Positions 47,552 through 56,165 of a stretch of DNA of 56,973 nucleotides are shown in pieces. The stretch covers positions 1 to 56,973 of the IMG/VR virus record IMGVR_UViG_3300001914_000007. One strand, 5' to 3'. The notes under the pieces are model-generated. The model was given only the letters and a program-made list of their open reading frames with translations. It was not told the origin of the DNA and did not search any database. The translations under genes and the position numbers were made by a program. Numbering within the stretch: position 1 is the stretch's first letter; every line of letters starts with the position of its first letter. This stretch comes from a virus. Lineage: Duplodnaviria > Caudoviricetes.

Positions 47552-47980
47552 TTAGGTTGTTGCGTCAGTCGTTATAGCGAGAGATGCAGTGAGTTTGCCA
47601 TTGACCTCAACAATGAGGTAAAACGTATCCGCGCCAGCTTTTGTGATGTTGATATCCGCGTGTCCTGTGTCCTTGGTTACGATATCAAACCTCTTCCCTG
47701 CAATCAGTGGGATATATACGCCATCTGTGCCTATCGCCACTGTGTCAGGAGTTGTCGCGACGATTGAATCGCCATTGGCATCATCAGAGAGATAGCAGCT
47801 GAGTTTTGCGCGTCTGGCAATGCTATTGCCTATGTAGTCAATGAGCTGAATGCCTACATTGATTACGTTCGCGGCCTCTGCACCTATTACGAGCGCGACA
47901 TCAGATACCTGCTTGACTCCATCGACCGTGAGTTCGTCAACTCCGACTCGTCCGAAACTGACATCTTCGTACATTGACAT
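47552..47980 (-). CDS. First gene of virion operon, putative structural protein
   Basis: AGGAG RBS, ATG 47980; beta-rich. Confidence 0.7.
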   Translation of the reverse strand: MSMYEDVSFGRVGVDELTVDGVKQVSDVALVIGAEAANVINVGIQLIDYIGNSIARRAKLSCYLSDDANGDSIVATTPDTVAIGTDGVYIPLIAGKRFDIVTKDTGHADINITKAGADTFYLIVEVNGKLTASLAITTDATT

Positions 47981-48741
47981 TTTTCGTCTCCTGTTATTTT
48001 TCACTTTAAAAAAATTGTGCTTAAAGTGGGAGCGCGAGTGTCAGTCAAATGCAGTGTTTTAGTCGTGTTTCATGCGTAACTTGCTATAGTTTTGAGCGTG
48101 AGAGAAGATTATAAATAGATTACAGCTATAGAGTTATAACTATTTACAAGGTTTTTTCATTGTTTTTAAAAAGCGTCAGTTTGGAAGTAAGTTATTCAAC
48201 GGTAAGCATTTATCTCTCAAGCATAAGTTTTTCCGCCTCAAAACAAATACATGCTGTAGCTCTATTATAGCGCAAACGGGAAAGATCGAAGTTTCCCGAT
48301 AAATCGTGAAGAATTATCGAGAAGGGAATTGTGCCTCACTTTTGAAAGGCTACGGCATTTGAGTTGCAGAAATCGCCTCTAATTGCAAGCCAAAACTTCC
48401 ATAAACCCCGCGCGCAAAAGCAAGGCGTTTGAGGGGAAATTACCATCTACCTCGTCGGCATCTAATTCTCCTGCTTCTTTTGGCTTCGATTGCGTTGCAA
48501 TGCTGGCGCTGAAACTGGGAATCTGCTTTGCGGAAAGCTGAACCTTTAGAGGTCCGGGGTTATTGTTATTCATAATAAAGTACTTATGATTAAAACATAG
48601 TGATTTGGTCCTGGGTTAGGACCGATGTATTTTGAGTGTAATTACAATCAACAGGGCGACATTGATGTCGGTCTGTTAAGGGCCCCATGATTAACTGGTA
48701 CACAGGACAGAAGACCTTGTCAATTCCATCAGGAACTGAGT

Positions 48742-48780
48742 AAAAACGGAAACCGCGTTGGACTGAATCCGCGCGGCTTC
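48742..48780 (-). terminator. Terminator-like hairpin ~70 nt after the - strand promoter
   Basis: GAAGCCGCG...CGCGGTTTC stem followed by CGTTTTT. Confidence 0.55.
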
Positions 48781-48816
48781 GAACACTCCTTCTACGCGTG
48801 GCAGACGAGCTATCTA

Positions 48817-48844
48817 ACTATATTGTTCTGGATTGAAATGTCAA
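48817..48844 (-). promoter_or_regulatory. Sigma70-like promoter facing the virion operon
   Basis: TTGACA-N16-TATAGT. Confidence 0.65.
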
Positions 48845-49226
48845 GAAGCTTTTTCACAAACTCAATTAAACGCATTCTAAGCGATTTTAAGAGCTGGGGT
48901 AGGCATTGACACGGGTATTGCTGTGTTTTTGCGTCCTTGCCGCGATTCCCTGTTAATTCTGACGGTTATCATCGACATTGATTGCTGTTATGTCCGAATT
49001 GCCTTTGGATAGCTGGATTTTAGTTTATTGTGTGTGTCTCGCGCATAGCGCGCTCTTAATACTACGAGAAATACCTTATGCAGATTCAGGGGAGAATATA
49101 AGAGGGGATAGGGAGGTGAGGGGAAGGGGAGAAATAAAGGGGGGCGAAACTTTTTTGGAAAAGTTGAGGAGGATTGAGGGGAAGGGAAAAGTGTTGAAAG
49201 TGGCAGTTTGCTTTATAAAGTGTAAG

Positions 49227-49390
49227 CGTCACAGAAATGTCACGGTACTTGTCACGCTAATGTCACGGTAGCAAAAACGGGCTATATCTATCTTATAATA
49301 AGTGGCTTATAAATATAGTGTTTTCAATGTCACGCTAATGTCACGCCTGTTGTCACGGTAGTGTCACGGCGATGTCACACGAATGTCACG
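49227..49390 (+). repeat. Second, non-coding iteron array (4+6 copies of YGTCACR)
   Basis: Copies at 49227, 49238, 49250, 49261, 49328, 49339, 49351, 49362, 49373, 49384; AT-rich spacer. Confidence 0.9.
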
Positions 49391-49535
49391 CTTGCCTTTA
49401 CATCTCTAAAACAGAGGATATATTGTCTGCATGGTGAACCGCTCCTTTGTTCTTCGTCCTTCTTATTTATGCTTACTTATGCACCAAGGGCACTAAAGGG
49501 CTACAAAAAGCCTTAAAGTGAGGCTAAGTTTCTTT

Positions 49536-49581
49536 CTTTGGGAGCAGAGGGTCGCAGGTTCGAATCCTGCTACCCCGACCA
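49536..49581 (+). other. attP core: 3' half of tRNA-Pro(UGG)
   Basis: C-TTTGGGA-GCAGA anticodon loop/stem, GCAGG-TTCGAAT-CCTGC T-arm, ACCCCG-ACCA end; no 5' half; adjacent to integrase. Confidence 0.9.
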
Positions 49582-49712
49582 TTTTTTCCTAACTTCAAAT
49601 TAGCCTCAAGTCTTTTATTACTTCCGCGTCCTGCTTGCTTGTTCCGATTGGTGCATTATATTGTCAAAACACCATCAAAAGGCCACCAAAGGACAATAAA
49701 AGGACTACGTCA

Positions 49713-50975
49713 ATGGGACGCATCAAAGGAGCAGGATTCGTTTACAAGCGCGGTAAATCATGGTACTGGCAAATAAAGATCAACGGAAAGAAGATACGGC
49801 GGAAGCTGGAAGCCACAAGTCAAGAGTCTGCAGACAAAGAGGCACATAAATTTTATCTTGCAGCATCCGCCAAGTCGATGGAAGAGGTTGCTATCTTTGC
49901 GGCGAGATCGAGAAATGCAATCAAGGAGCGCGAGCCGGGAATTGCGCTCAGTGAGGGGATTAAGCTGTTTCAGGACAGCCCGAAGCGCCGAGACGTGGGG
50001 AAGCAGAGAGCGGCGCAATACAAGAGCATCTATGCGTACTTTACCGGGTTCCTTGCCGGGAACTACCCGGCGGTGTCGGCGTTAAACGACGTTACCCCTG
50101 AGATAGTGGAAGCGTTTGCTAAGAAACTCAAGGCGGAAAAGGGGACGCGCTCCTACAATGTGTATACTGGAAGCCTCAAGACGATTTTCAAAACACTACT
50201 TCCGGATGATAAAAATCCTTTTGACGGTATAAAAAAGCAATCAGAAAGTCCGGTGTCGAGCAATGACCTGACGGCGGAGCAGATCAACGCGGTTTTTGCG
50301 GCGGTTGACGGCGAAATGACATTGTCCCTGATGCACAGGGCGGAAATGGCTGTATTGTTCCGACTGGGCGCATATACGGGGCTTAGGCTTGAAGATTGTT
50401 GCGTGCTGAAATGGTCTGCGGTGAAGCTGAACCAGAGAGTTATTACATGGATGCCTTGCAAAACAAAACACAGCTCAGGGAAGCCCGTCCATATCCCGAT
50501 TCATCCAGAGCTTGAAACGCAACTCAAGAAAGCTCAGGAATGGAAAGACGAGTCGGGCTATATTCTGCCGGGAGTTGCAGAGCGATACGGGCGCAATCCC
50601 TCGGGAATTCGTCAGGACGCTCAGAAAGTCATTCACTGGAGCCTGTGGAAGGATAAGAGAGAGGGCGAGTATCCACCGAAGCCCGACGACAAGTATGGGT
50701 TTCACTCATTCCGGCATTCGTTCGTGTCGCTCTGCCTCAATGCCGGGGTTCCCGTTCCCGTGGTTCAGGCGATTGTCGGGCATACGTCCAGCCTCGTAAC
50801 GCGGATTTACACGCACATCACGCCTGAGACAATGCGGCAGATAACAGCGGCACTGCCCTCCAGAGGGCAGAAAGAAGAGCTTACGTACTCGGAGCGGCTA
50901 CAAGAGATAGCCGCCATACTCAAGGGGAAGAAAGAGCTTACAGCACGGGAAAAGAAGATATTGGAGATGTTGTAA
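49713..50975 (+). CDS. int: Tyrosine integrase
   Basis: TGLR, KT, HSFRH, VGH, RIY catalytic residues; N-terminal arm-binding-like domain. Confidence 0.95.
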   Translation: MGRIKGAGFVYKRGKSWYWQIKINGKKIRRKLEATSQESADKEAHKFYLAASAKSMEEVAIFAARSRNAIKEREPGIALSEGIKLFQDSPKRRDVGKQRAAQYKSIYAYFTGFLAGNYPAVSALNDVTPEIVEAFAKKLKAEKGTRSYNVYTGSLKTIFKTLLPDDKNPFDGIKKQSESPVSSNDLTAEQINAVFAAVDGEMTLSLMHRAEMAVLFRLGAYTGLRLEDCCVLKWSAVKLNQRVITWMPCKTKHSSGKPVHIPIHPELETQLKKAQEWKDESGYILPGVAERYGRNPSGIRQDAQKVIHWSLWKDKREGEYPPKPDDKYGFHSFRHSFVSLCLNAGVPVPVVQAIVGHTSSLVTRIYTHITPETMRQITAALPSRGQKEELTYSERLQEIAAILKGKKELTAREKKILEML

Positions 50976-50985
50976 AAAGCTACAG

Positions 50986-51282
50986 TTACTCTTGAAGGTT
51001 GATATTGATAATACCCTGTTTTGCAAGAATTTTTTCATATTGTTCTTTTTTGAGTGGACAGTTTACAAACTTTTTGAATTGCTCTGATGTTTCCAGCTTC
51101 ATTTGCCTTTTCATGAGACCTATAAGACTGCCGGAAATTGATTTTGCTCCATGACTCATTTTGGTGCGGACGGCTGTCTTTATCCCGTTGAAATAAAAGG
51201 AAAAATATGTATGGTCTCCCATTTCTGTCTGAAAGCCTTTTTTCAAAAGAGCTGCCGCAATCTTAGGTACCGGAAATTGCAT
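50986..51282 (-). CDS. HicA-like toxin
   Basis: LLKKGF...DHTYF...RTKMSHG....G.LIGLMKRQM pattern, 98 aa. Confidence 0.7.
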   Translation of the reverse strand: MQFPVPKIAAALLKKGFQTEMGDHTYFSFYFNGIKTAVRTKMSHGAKSISGSLIGLMKRQMKLETSEQFKKFVNCPLKKEQYEKILAKQGIININLQE

Positions 51283-51283
51283 A

Positions 51284-51772
51284 TCAATTCTCCCGGCAAG
51301 AAACAAGCGAGAGAATCTTTTGTTTTAATACCCTCGCCCCTTTGTCCAGCTTGGAGTCCTCGCATGTTGCGTAAGCCACCCATAAGAAATTCAATGTTCC
51401 GGCAAGTTCATTAAGGCACTGTTGCTCGGAAGATGCCATCTCTTCTATTTCAAGCGGGGGATAAATAAGTCTCACGCAATCGCTTAACTTTTCAAAGTTC
51501 AGCAACTGAGGCGTTTTGAACTCAAAAACCTTGTTTTCAAACTCCAATACCTGTACCATAAGTCCCTGCCTATCGTTATTGACGCAATCCGCGGACTGTG
51601 ACGCTTCATACTCCTTATTATAGCCTAAAGCGTCAAACAAAGCAAGCCCGGCATTATCTAAACCAATTCTAAGCCATTCGCTTGTATTTATGGTTGACGC
51701 ATTGTCTATACCACGTGCTCTATAGTTTCCGACGTTGGGTTTGTGTATGGGTAAAGTAGCGCTTGCTATCAT
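51284..51772 (-). CDS. Putative HicB-like antitoxin with N-terminal extension
   Basis: Immediately upstream of toxin; C-terminal ~85-aa domain ending FLW..YA..D..LD.GA..LK. Confidence 0.6.
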   Translation of the reverse strand: MIASATLPIHKPNVGNYRARGIDNASTINTSEWLRIGLDNAGLALFDALGYNKEYEASQSADCVNNDRQGLMVQVLEFENKVFEFKTPQLLNFEKLSDCVRLIYPPLEIEEMASSEQQCLNELAGTLNFLWVAYATCEDSKLDKGARVLKQKILSLVSCREN

Positions 51773-52128
51773 TTTTTGTCGTTACCTTTTTCTTGTTTGT
51801 TTTCTACAACGATGCCTGCCTCTATGGCCTTAGAAATGAGTAGCTGTCCTACATTATAGGCAATATCAGGCCTCAGCATTATAGAAGTTTGCACTTCACG
51901 GGTAAAGCCGTCCGTTGGGAGGTTGATACGAGTTAAGGAAGATTCTCCTTTTGAATTCACTTCGAGAGTTGCACTTTCCCTTATGGTTGGATATTCAATG
52001 TAAAACTGGACGTATAAATCTTTTATGGGAGTGGATGTAACAATACATCCGGAAGTTGGAAACGATTGATGTTCCCGGCTTTTTATGGTTTCAATTTTAA
52101 TCGACTTGGATGGTTCGTTTTTCTTCAT
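51769..52128 (-). CDS. DUF3467-like protein, first gene of the toxin operon
   Basis: G..VTSTP..DLYVQFYIE...REVQTSIMLRPD.A; ATGA-coupled to antitoxin. Confidence 0.5.
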   Translation of the reverse strand: MKKNEPSKSIKIETIKSREHQSFPTSGCIVTSTPIKDLYVQFYIEYPTIRESATLEVNSKGESSLTRINLPTDGFTREVQTSIMLRPDIAYNVGQLLISKAIEAGIVVENKQEKGNDKK

Positions 52129-52177
52129 TTTGATACCTTTTTATTGTTTTTTTGTAACCACTGCGCCTCGGGGTGGG

Positions 52178-52405
52178 TTATTTAACGAGTGTCCATTGCG
52201 GATTTTCGCTATTGTTTTTGTAATTCTGCATTAGTATGTAGGTTGTCCCGGTAATCCTGTTTACTCTTACCAGGCAATGCTCGCGTCCGCGGTCTGTTTT
52301 CTCGTACTTGTACAGTGTAGGCCATACAAACAGCGCGAATAGAATAACCCCGGCGGCAATTATAGCTTTCGGGCTTTTGAGAAAAGTAATAGCTTTGTCT
52401 TTCAT
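52178..52405 (-). CDS. Small membrane protein (superinfection-exclusion candidate)
   Basis: N-terminal TM; WPTLYKY..VRVNRITG. Confidence 0.65.
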   Translation of the reverse strand: MKDKAITFLKSPKAIIAAGVILFALFVWPTLYKYEKTDRGREHCLVRVNRITGTTYILMQNYKNNSENPQWTLVK

Positions 52406-52436
52406 GATTTTCCTTGTATAATTTTAATGCACCTAT

Positions 52437-53309
52437 TTAAGATTTTAACGAGCGCAATTTTGCTTTGATTATTAAATCACACTCAATATGTTTTTCGCGA
52501 ACCCAAGGGTGTAGTACTTTTACTAAATCACGATACGAAAAAATATATTTTTTACAGGAATTCTCAACTAAAAATTCGACGGCTGGTTTGAGACAACTCA
52601 ACATAAGCACTCTTAAAAAGGACGAGCTTCCCTTTCTGAATAATGCAAAATATTGAAAATATCTCTTCTCTAAAAGATCGAAATCGATCGTCTCTCCCTC
52701 GGATAAGATAGGGATCAAAATATCATTTAAAAATGCATAAGGTGAGAACTTGTTTATATCTGCCATGTATGCATTATTTGAAGCAAGGCTTATCGCAAAA
52801 AATTCGACTTCTTGAAGGTTCCAAACATCTCCAACATCTTCTGGCATGGTTTTCATGTGGTTGCCTACAAATTCAAGAACAAAATTATTGCTTATATTTA
52901 GAATATCTGCGCATAGTTCGCTTTCTCTCATAATCTCTACTTGTTTTTGCATAATTGAAAGAGCTGATGCTATATCTTGAATCTCAACTCTTCCTGTCAT
53001 ACTCACAACCATTGAAGTTCCATCTGTCGCTTTTACTGTGTTCCAAATAACTTCACATTTGCAGCTTGGACAGGGATAAGAGCATCCTATTGTACGACCG
53101 TTTGTTCCTATATTTTGTCCGCAATGAGGGCAAACGGCTGTTATGCCAGCATCTTCGCCGCATTTAGGACATTGCATATAATCTTCTAATTCATCAATGG
53201 GTATTGGAAAATTTGATTTGCATGAGATACAGCTTCCTTGTATGCTTTTTTTAGACATAAAATTCTCGCATGTTAAACTATATTTATTTCCTTTATTTCT
53301 TATGCTCAA
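52437..53309 (-). CDS. Zn-ribbon-containing protein downstream of repressor
   Basis: Four CxxC motifs then a helical domain; start may be 53258. Confidence 0.7.
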   Translation of the reverse strand: MSIRNKGNKYSLTCENFMSKKSIQGSCISCKSNFPIPIDELEDYMQCPKCGEDAGITAVCPHCGQNIGTNGRTIGCSYPCPSCKCEVIWNTVKATDGTSMVVSMTGRVEIQDIASALSIMQKQVEIMRESELCADILNISNNFVLEFVGNHMKTMPEDVGDVWNLQEVEFFAISLASNNAYMADINKFSPYAFLNDILIPILSEGETIDFDLLEKRYFQYFALFRKGSSSFLRVLMLSCLKPAVEFLVENSCKKYIFSYRDLVKVLHPWVREKHIECDLIIKAKLRSLKS

Positions 53310-53388
53310 ACGAGCTTAAAAAAATCGTCATCATACTCAAAATCAAATAGCTCCATTTGTTCGGCTCTCGGCTGATTTTCATATACAA

Positions 53389-53802
53389 TTATCCTGCAAC
53401 CGCCCCGGACGTGGGGTTGTGCCCTTCCGATTCATCATCGGTTATTCCGAATTTCCGGTCAAGTTCAATTTCCTTCAAATGAAGGAGCATTCTCTTTTTC
53501 TCTCTGGGGGTCAGGTTCGGATCGTTCTCTATCCCCTCCGCCGCCGTTTGCGGTTCTTTCCCCTTACCCTCCGCCCCCGGATGGAATACCGCAACACGCT
53601 GCTCAGTGTTCATATACGGCCTCAGAAAAGGTTCGAGCTTGAGCCATGTTTCAAGCTCAATTTTTCTTACCATTTTTTTACTTGAAAGATACTGGCTTAT
53701 GCTTCTGTGATTAACTCCCGACTTACGAGATAACTCAGATGCGCTTCCGAGATTTTCAATAGCATCTTTCAATGCTTTTATTATTTCAGGAGTTAGTTTC
53801 AC
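53389..53802 (-). CDS. Phage repressor (XRE HTH)
   Basis: SASELSRKSGVNHRSISQYL; divergent from early operon. Confidence 0.75.
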   Translation of the reverse strand: MKLTPEIIKALKDAIENLGSASELSRKSGVNHRSISQYLSSKKMVRKIELETWLKLEPFLRPYMNTEQRVAVFHPGAEGKGKEPQTAAEGIENDPNLTPREKKRMLLHLKEIELDRKFGITDDESEGHNPTSGAVAG

Positions 53803-53877
53803 GTATTCTATTACCTTCCCAATAAATGTAACATATCACCTTTTCGGCTTTTTTTCTGAAAAATTTAGATATTGCTA

Positions 53878-53905
53878 TTGATTTGCTATTAAATAGCAAT
53901 ATAAT
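53878..53905 (+). promoter_or_regulatory. Early promoter with palindromic operator
   Basis: TTGATT-N16-TATAAT overlapping TTGCTATT-A-AATAGCAA (53883-53899); extra half-site at 53872. Confidence 0.75.
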
Positions 53906-53924
53906 AAATAAAAACGAGGTGAAT

Positions 53925-54137
53925 ATGAAAGATGTGAAAATAAGCCCAGAGATACACAGACTTGCTAAGTCTGCCTCAAAAAGAGAGCGTCGGCGTGGGG
54001 TAGCTAGTTTTGTAGAGCTTGCTATTATTGAGAGGGCTGAAAAATTTTTACCCAGAAGTGCTATTGAATGGCAAAAAGTAAATTATCCAGACAACCCACC
54101 AACATGCAATCAAACAAAAAGAGGAAACAACGCATGA
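53925..54137 (+). CDS. Cro-position regulator (ribbon-helix-helix-like)
   Basis: KDVKISPEIHRLAK...VASFVELAI; GAGG RBS. Confidence 0.6.
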   Translation: MKDVKISPEIHRLAKSASKRERRRGVASFVELAIIERAEKFLPRSAIEWQKVNYPDNPPTCNQTKRGNNA

Positions 54138-54177
54138 ACGAAATCCAAAAATTCAATTTCAACAAAAGGAGAATGTA

Positions 54178-54384
54178 ATGAGTATCTACAGAATGAAAGA
54201 AGAAATGGCGCACATCACGGAAGCCGAATTTGTGCTGGAGACATCAAAGAAAATAGCGAACGCTATTTTTGACACAATCTGCGAAGATAAGACACTTAAG
54301 GGCTACACCCTGCAAAACCATAAAGTGATAATCGGCAAGGCTCTCAAGATTGCGGCTATTTCGTTTGACTTGGAACGTGAATAA
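54178..54384 (+). CDS. Hypothetical protein
   Basis: 68 aa, AAGGAG RBS. Confidence 0.6.
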   Translation: MSIYRMKEEMAHITEAEFVLETSKKIANAIFDTICEDKTLKGYTLQNHKVIIGKALKIAAISFDLERE

Positions 54385-54645
54385 ACGTACCGGAGGGCGG
54401 TTGTTGTGAATATTGGTTTACTTAGATTCGGACTTAGTGTTTACGGAATCAGCAATGGCTCCATAAATAAACTTGAAGATTCCCGGAAATTCTTCAATCC
54501 TGTCTTCGTTTTCAGAAGAATCTCTACCAAGACTGAAAAGTATCCCTCTTTGAATAAGAACAAGAGATATTTCCTTGCTTGCGTTGATAATGGCAATACT
54601 GACTTCTGTATTCATGGCAATTCCCCTTCTGCCCTCCGGTACGTT
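54384..54645. repeat. 15-bp perfect inverted repeat pair
   Basis: AACGTACCGGAGGGC 54384-54398 / GCCCTCCGGTACGTT 54631-54645. Confidence 0.85.
54418..54615 (-). CDS. Small counter-oriented gene inside the inverted repeats
   Basis: 65 aa; AAGGGG RBS; TGcTATCTT extended -10 just upstream. Confidence 0.55.
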   Translation of the reverse strand: MNTEVSIAIINASKEISLVLIQRGILFSLGRDSSENEDRIEEFPGIFKFIYGAIADSVNTKSESK

Positions 54646-54704
54646 CCTCAAGATAGCACACATAATATGAAAACAAAATTTACAACGGACAAATAAGGAT
54701 AGCT

Positions 54705-55343
54705 ATGAACGAAATCCAAAAATTCGACTTTAATGAAAACCATGTCCGCGTCATGGTTGTTGACGGGCAGACGGAATGGGTAGCTTCCGATGTTGCAAAG
54801 GCACTCGGATATAAAGATGCCACCAACGCAATTAAAAGACATTGTCGAGTAAAGGGGGTTGCGAAACGCCATACCCTTACAAGCGGCGGCGTTCAAAAAG
54901 TAATGACAATCACCGAACCGAACCTTTACCGCCTGATTGCGCATTCAAAACTTCCAAGCGCTCAGAAATTTGAATCATGGGTGTTTGAAGAAGTCCTTCC
55001 GTCAATCCGCAAGAACGGCGGCTATATCAATCCTGCAGCAAACGAAGAAGCGGTATCAGCTCTTATAGAGAAATGGACAGCGGAAAGAGTCAGCCTTATC
55101 ACAACGATTGCAGAACAGGCCGTATCTCTCGCAATTACCAAGCATGAAAACGGTGAAATGGCAAAGGCCGTTTCCCTTATCAGTCCGAAATATCCATTCG
55201 GGACAGTTTCCAAAGCCACAGGCCGCAGAAAAACAAAATCGCGCCGTGCGGCATGGTGTTCGCCAAGAGAACGGGACGCTATCAATCTGGAAGCGATACA
55301 GCTTTTACTTCCGCTGTTCCAGAGAATAACCAATCAGGGATAA
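54705..55343 (+). CDS. BRO-N antirepressor
   Basis: WVASDVAKALGY, ITEPNLYRLI..SKLPSAQKFESWVFEEVLPSIRKNGGY. Confidence 0.92.
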   Translation: MNEIQKFDFNENHVRVMVVDGQTEWVASDVAKALGYKDATNAIKRHCRVKGVAKRHTLTSGGVQKVMTITEPNLYRLIAHSKLPSAQKFESWVFEEVLPSIRKNGGYINPAANEEAVSALIEKWTAERVSLITTIAEQAVSLAITKHENGEMAKAVSLISPKYPFGTVSKATGRRKTKSRRAAWCSPRERDAINLEAIQLLLPLFQRITNQG

Positions 55344-55357
55344 AAGGAGAAACAGGC

Positions 55358-55543
55358 ATGAACGAAGAGTCGGCTTTTGTATTTCTTTTTACCATATTGC
55401 TTTTCTTTACTATAGGTTTTGCCGCTGGATTTTCAAACAGAAAAACCACGGTAATAACTGTGAAGCGATACAAAAGACACGACTTACCCAGAGCTGTACG
55501 AGAAATGCAGAAGGAAATAGATAAAAAGGAGAAACAGGCATGA
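55358..55543 (+). CDS. Small membrane protein flanked by 25-bp direct repeats
   Basis: N-terminal TM. Confidence 0.6.
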   Translation: MNEESAFVFLFTILLFFTIGFAAGFSNRKTTVITVKRYKRHDLPRAVREMQKEIDKKEKQA

Positions 55544-56163
55544 ACGAATTAATCAAAATCGAAGGAAACAGGGCGGTAACAACGTCCCTGAAGGTCGCTG
55601 AGGTTTTCGGAAAGCAACACAAAAATGTGATGCAGTCTATTGAAAAGCTGGAATGTAGCGAGGAATTCGGTCGGCTCAATTTTCAGCCGACGCAAATTGA
55701 TTTCAAAATGCCGACTGGTGGCATCCGCAAAGACAAGGCCTACACCATTACGAAGGACGGCTTTGTATTTCTTGCCATGGGATTTACTGGCGCAAAGGCG
55801 GCGGAATTCAAGGAAACCTACATCAAGGCTTTCAATGATATGGAGTCTGGATTGAATCAGCTTGCCAAAAATACCAATGATCTGGCAAACTCGATTGCCG
55901 ATGCAATGATGAACCGCGCCAACCAGAACGCCGTGAAGATTGTCCAGCTTGAAAACGAAAACAAGCTCCTTCGCCTCTTCGCTCCGAAATGTGGCATTGA
56001 CCGCCTTGGACGGAACGAGGAAAAGCAGAAGATACGCCGGGGTGCAGAAGTCAAGACCACAGGCAAAGGCCGTCCGATGTCGATGGTATTCAATATTCTA
56101 CTTCACCAGCCAGAACTTCCTTTTACTGAGTTCAGCATAACAACAATGCGCAGGGGAGAATAA
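55540..56163 (+). CDS. Rha-family regulatory protein
   Basis: TTSLKVAEVFGKQHKNV, ITKDGF.FLAMGFTGAKA..FK..YIKAFN.ME. Confidence 0.92.
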   Translation: MNELIKIEGNRAVTTSLKVAEVFGKQHKNVMQSIEKLECSEEFGRLNFQPTQIDFKMPTGGIRKDKAYTITKDGFVFLAMGFTGAKAAEFKETYIKAFNDMESGLNQLAKNTNDLANSIADAMMNRANQNAVKIVQLENENKLLRLFAPKCGIDRLGRNEEKQKIRRGAEVKTTGKGRPMSMVFNILLHQPELPFTEFSITTMRRGE

Positions 56164-56165
56164 CG

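Noticed and set aside
48379-48573. 64-aa ORF in the late leader
   Set aside because: No RBS or recognisable motif; cannot be supported, though not excluded
48978-49271. 97-aa ORF in the non-coding region
   Set aside because: TTG start without RBS; open because of the purine tract and iterons
49227-49390. Mini-CRISPR array
   Set aside because: 7-bp repeats with 4-5-bp spacers at helical periodicity fit protein-binding iterons
49536-49581. Complete tRNA-Pro gene
   Set aside because: 5' acceptor strand, D-arm and most of the 5' anticodon stem are missing; it is the attP core
54406-54696. 96-aa plus-strand ORF across the IR segment
   Set aside because: Fully overlaps the better-supported minus-strand gene; it does have a GGAGG upstream, so it is not excluded
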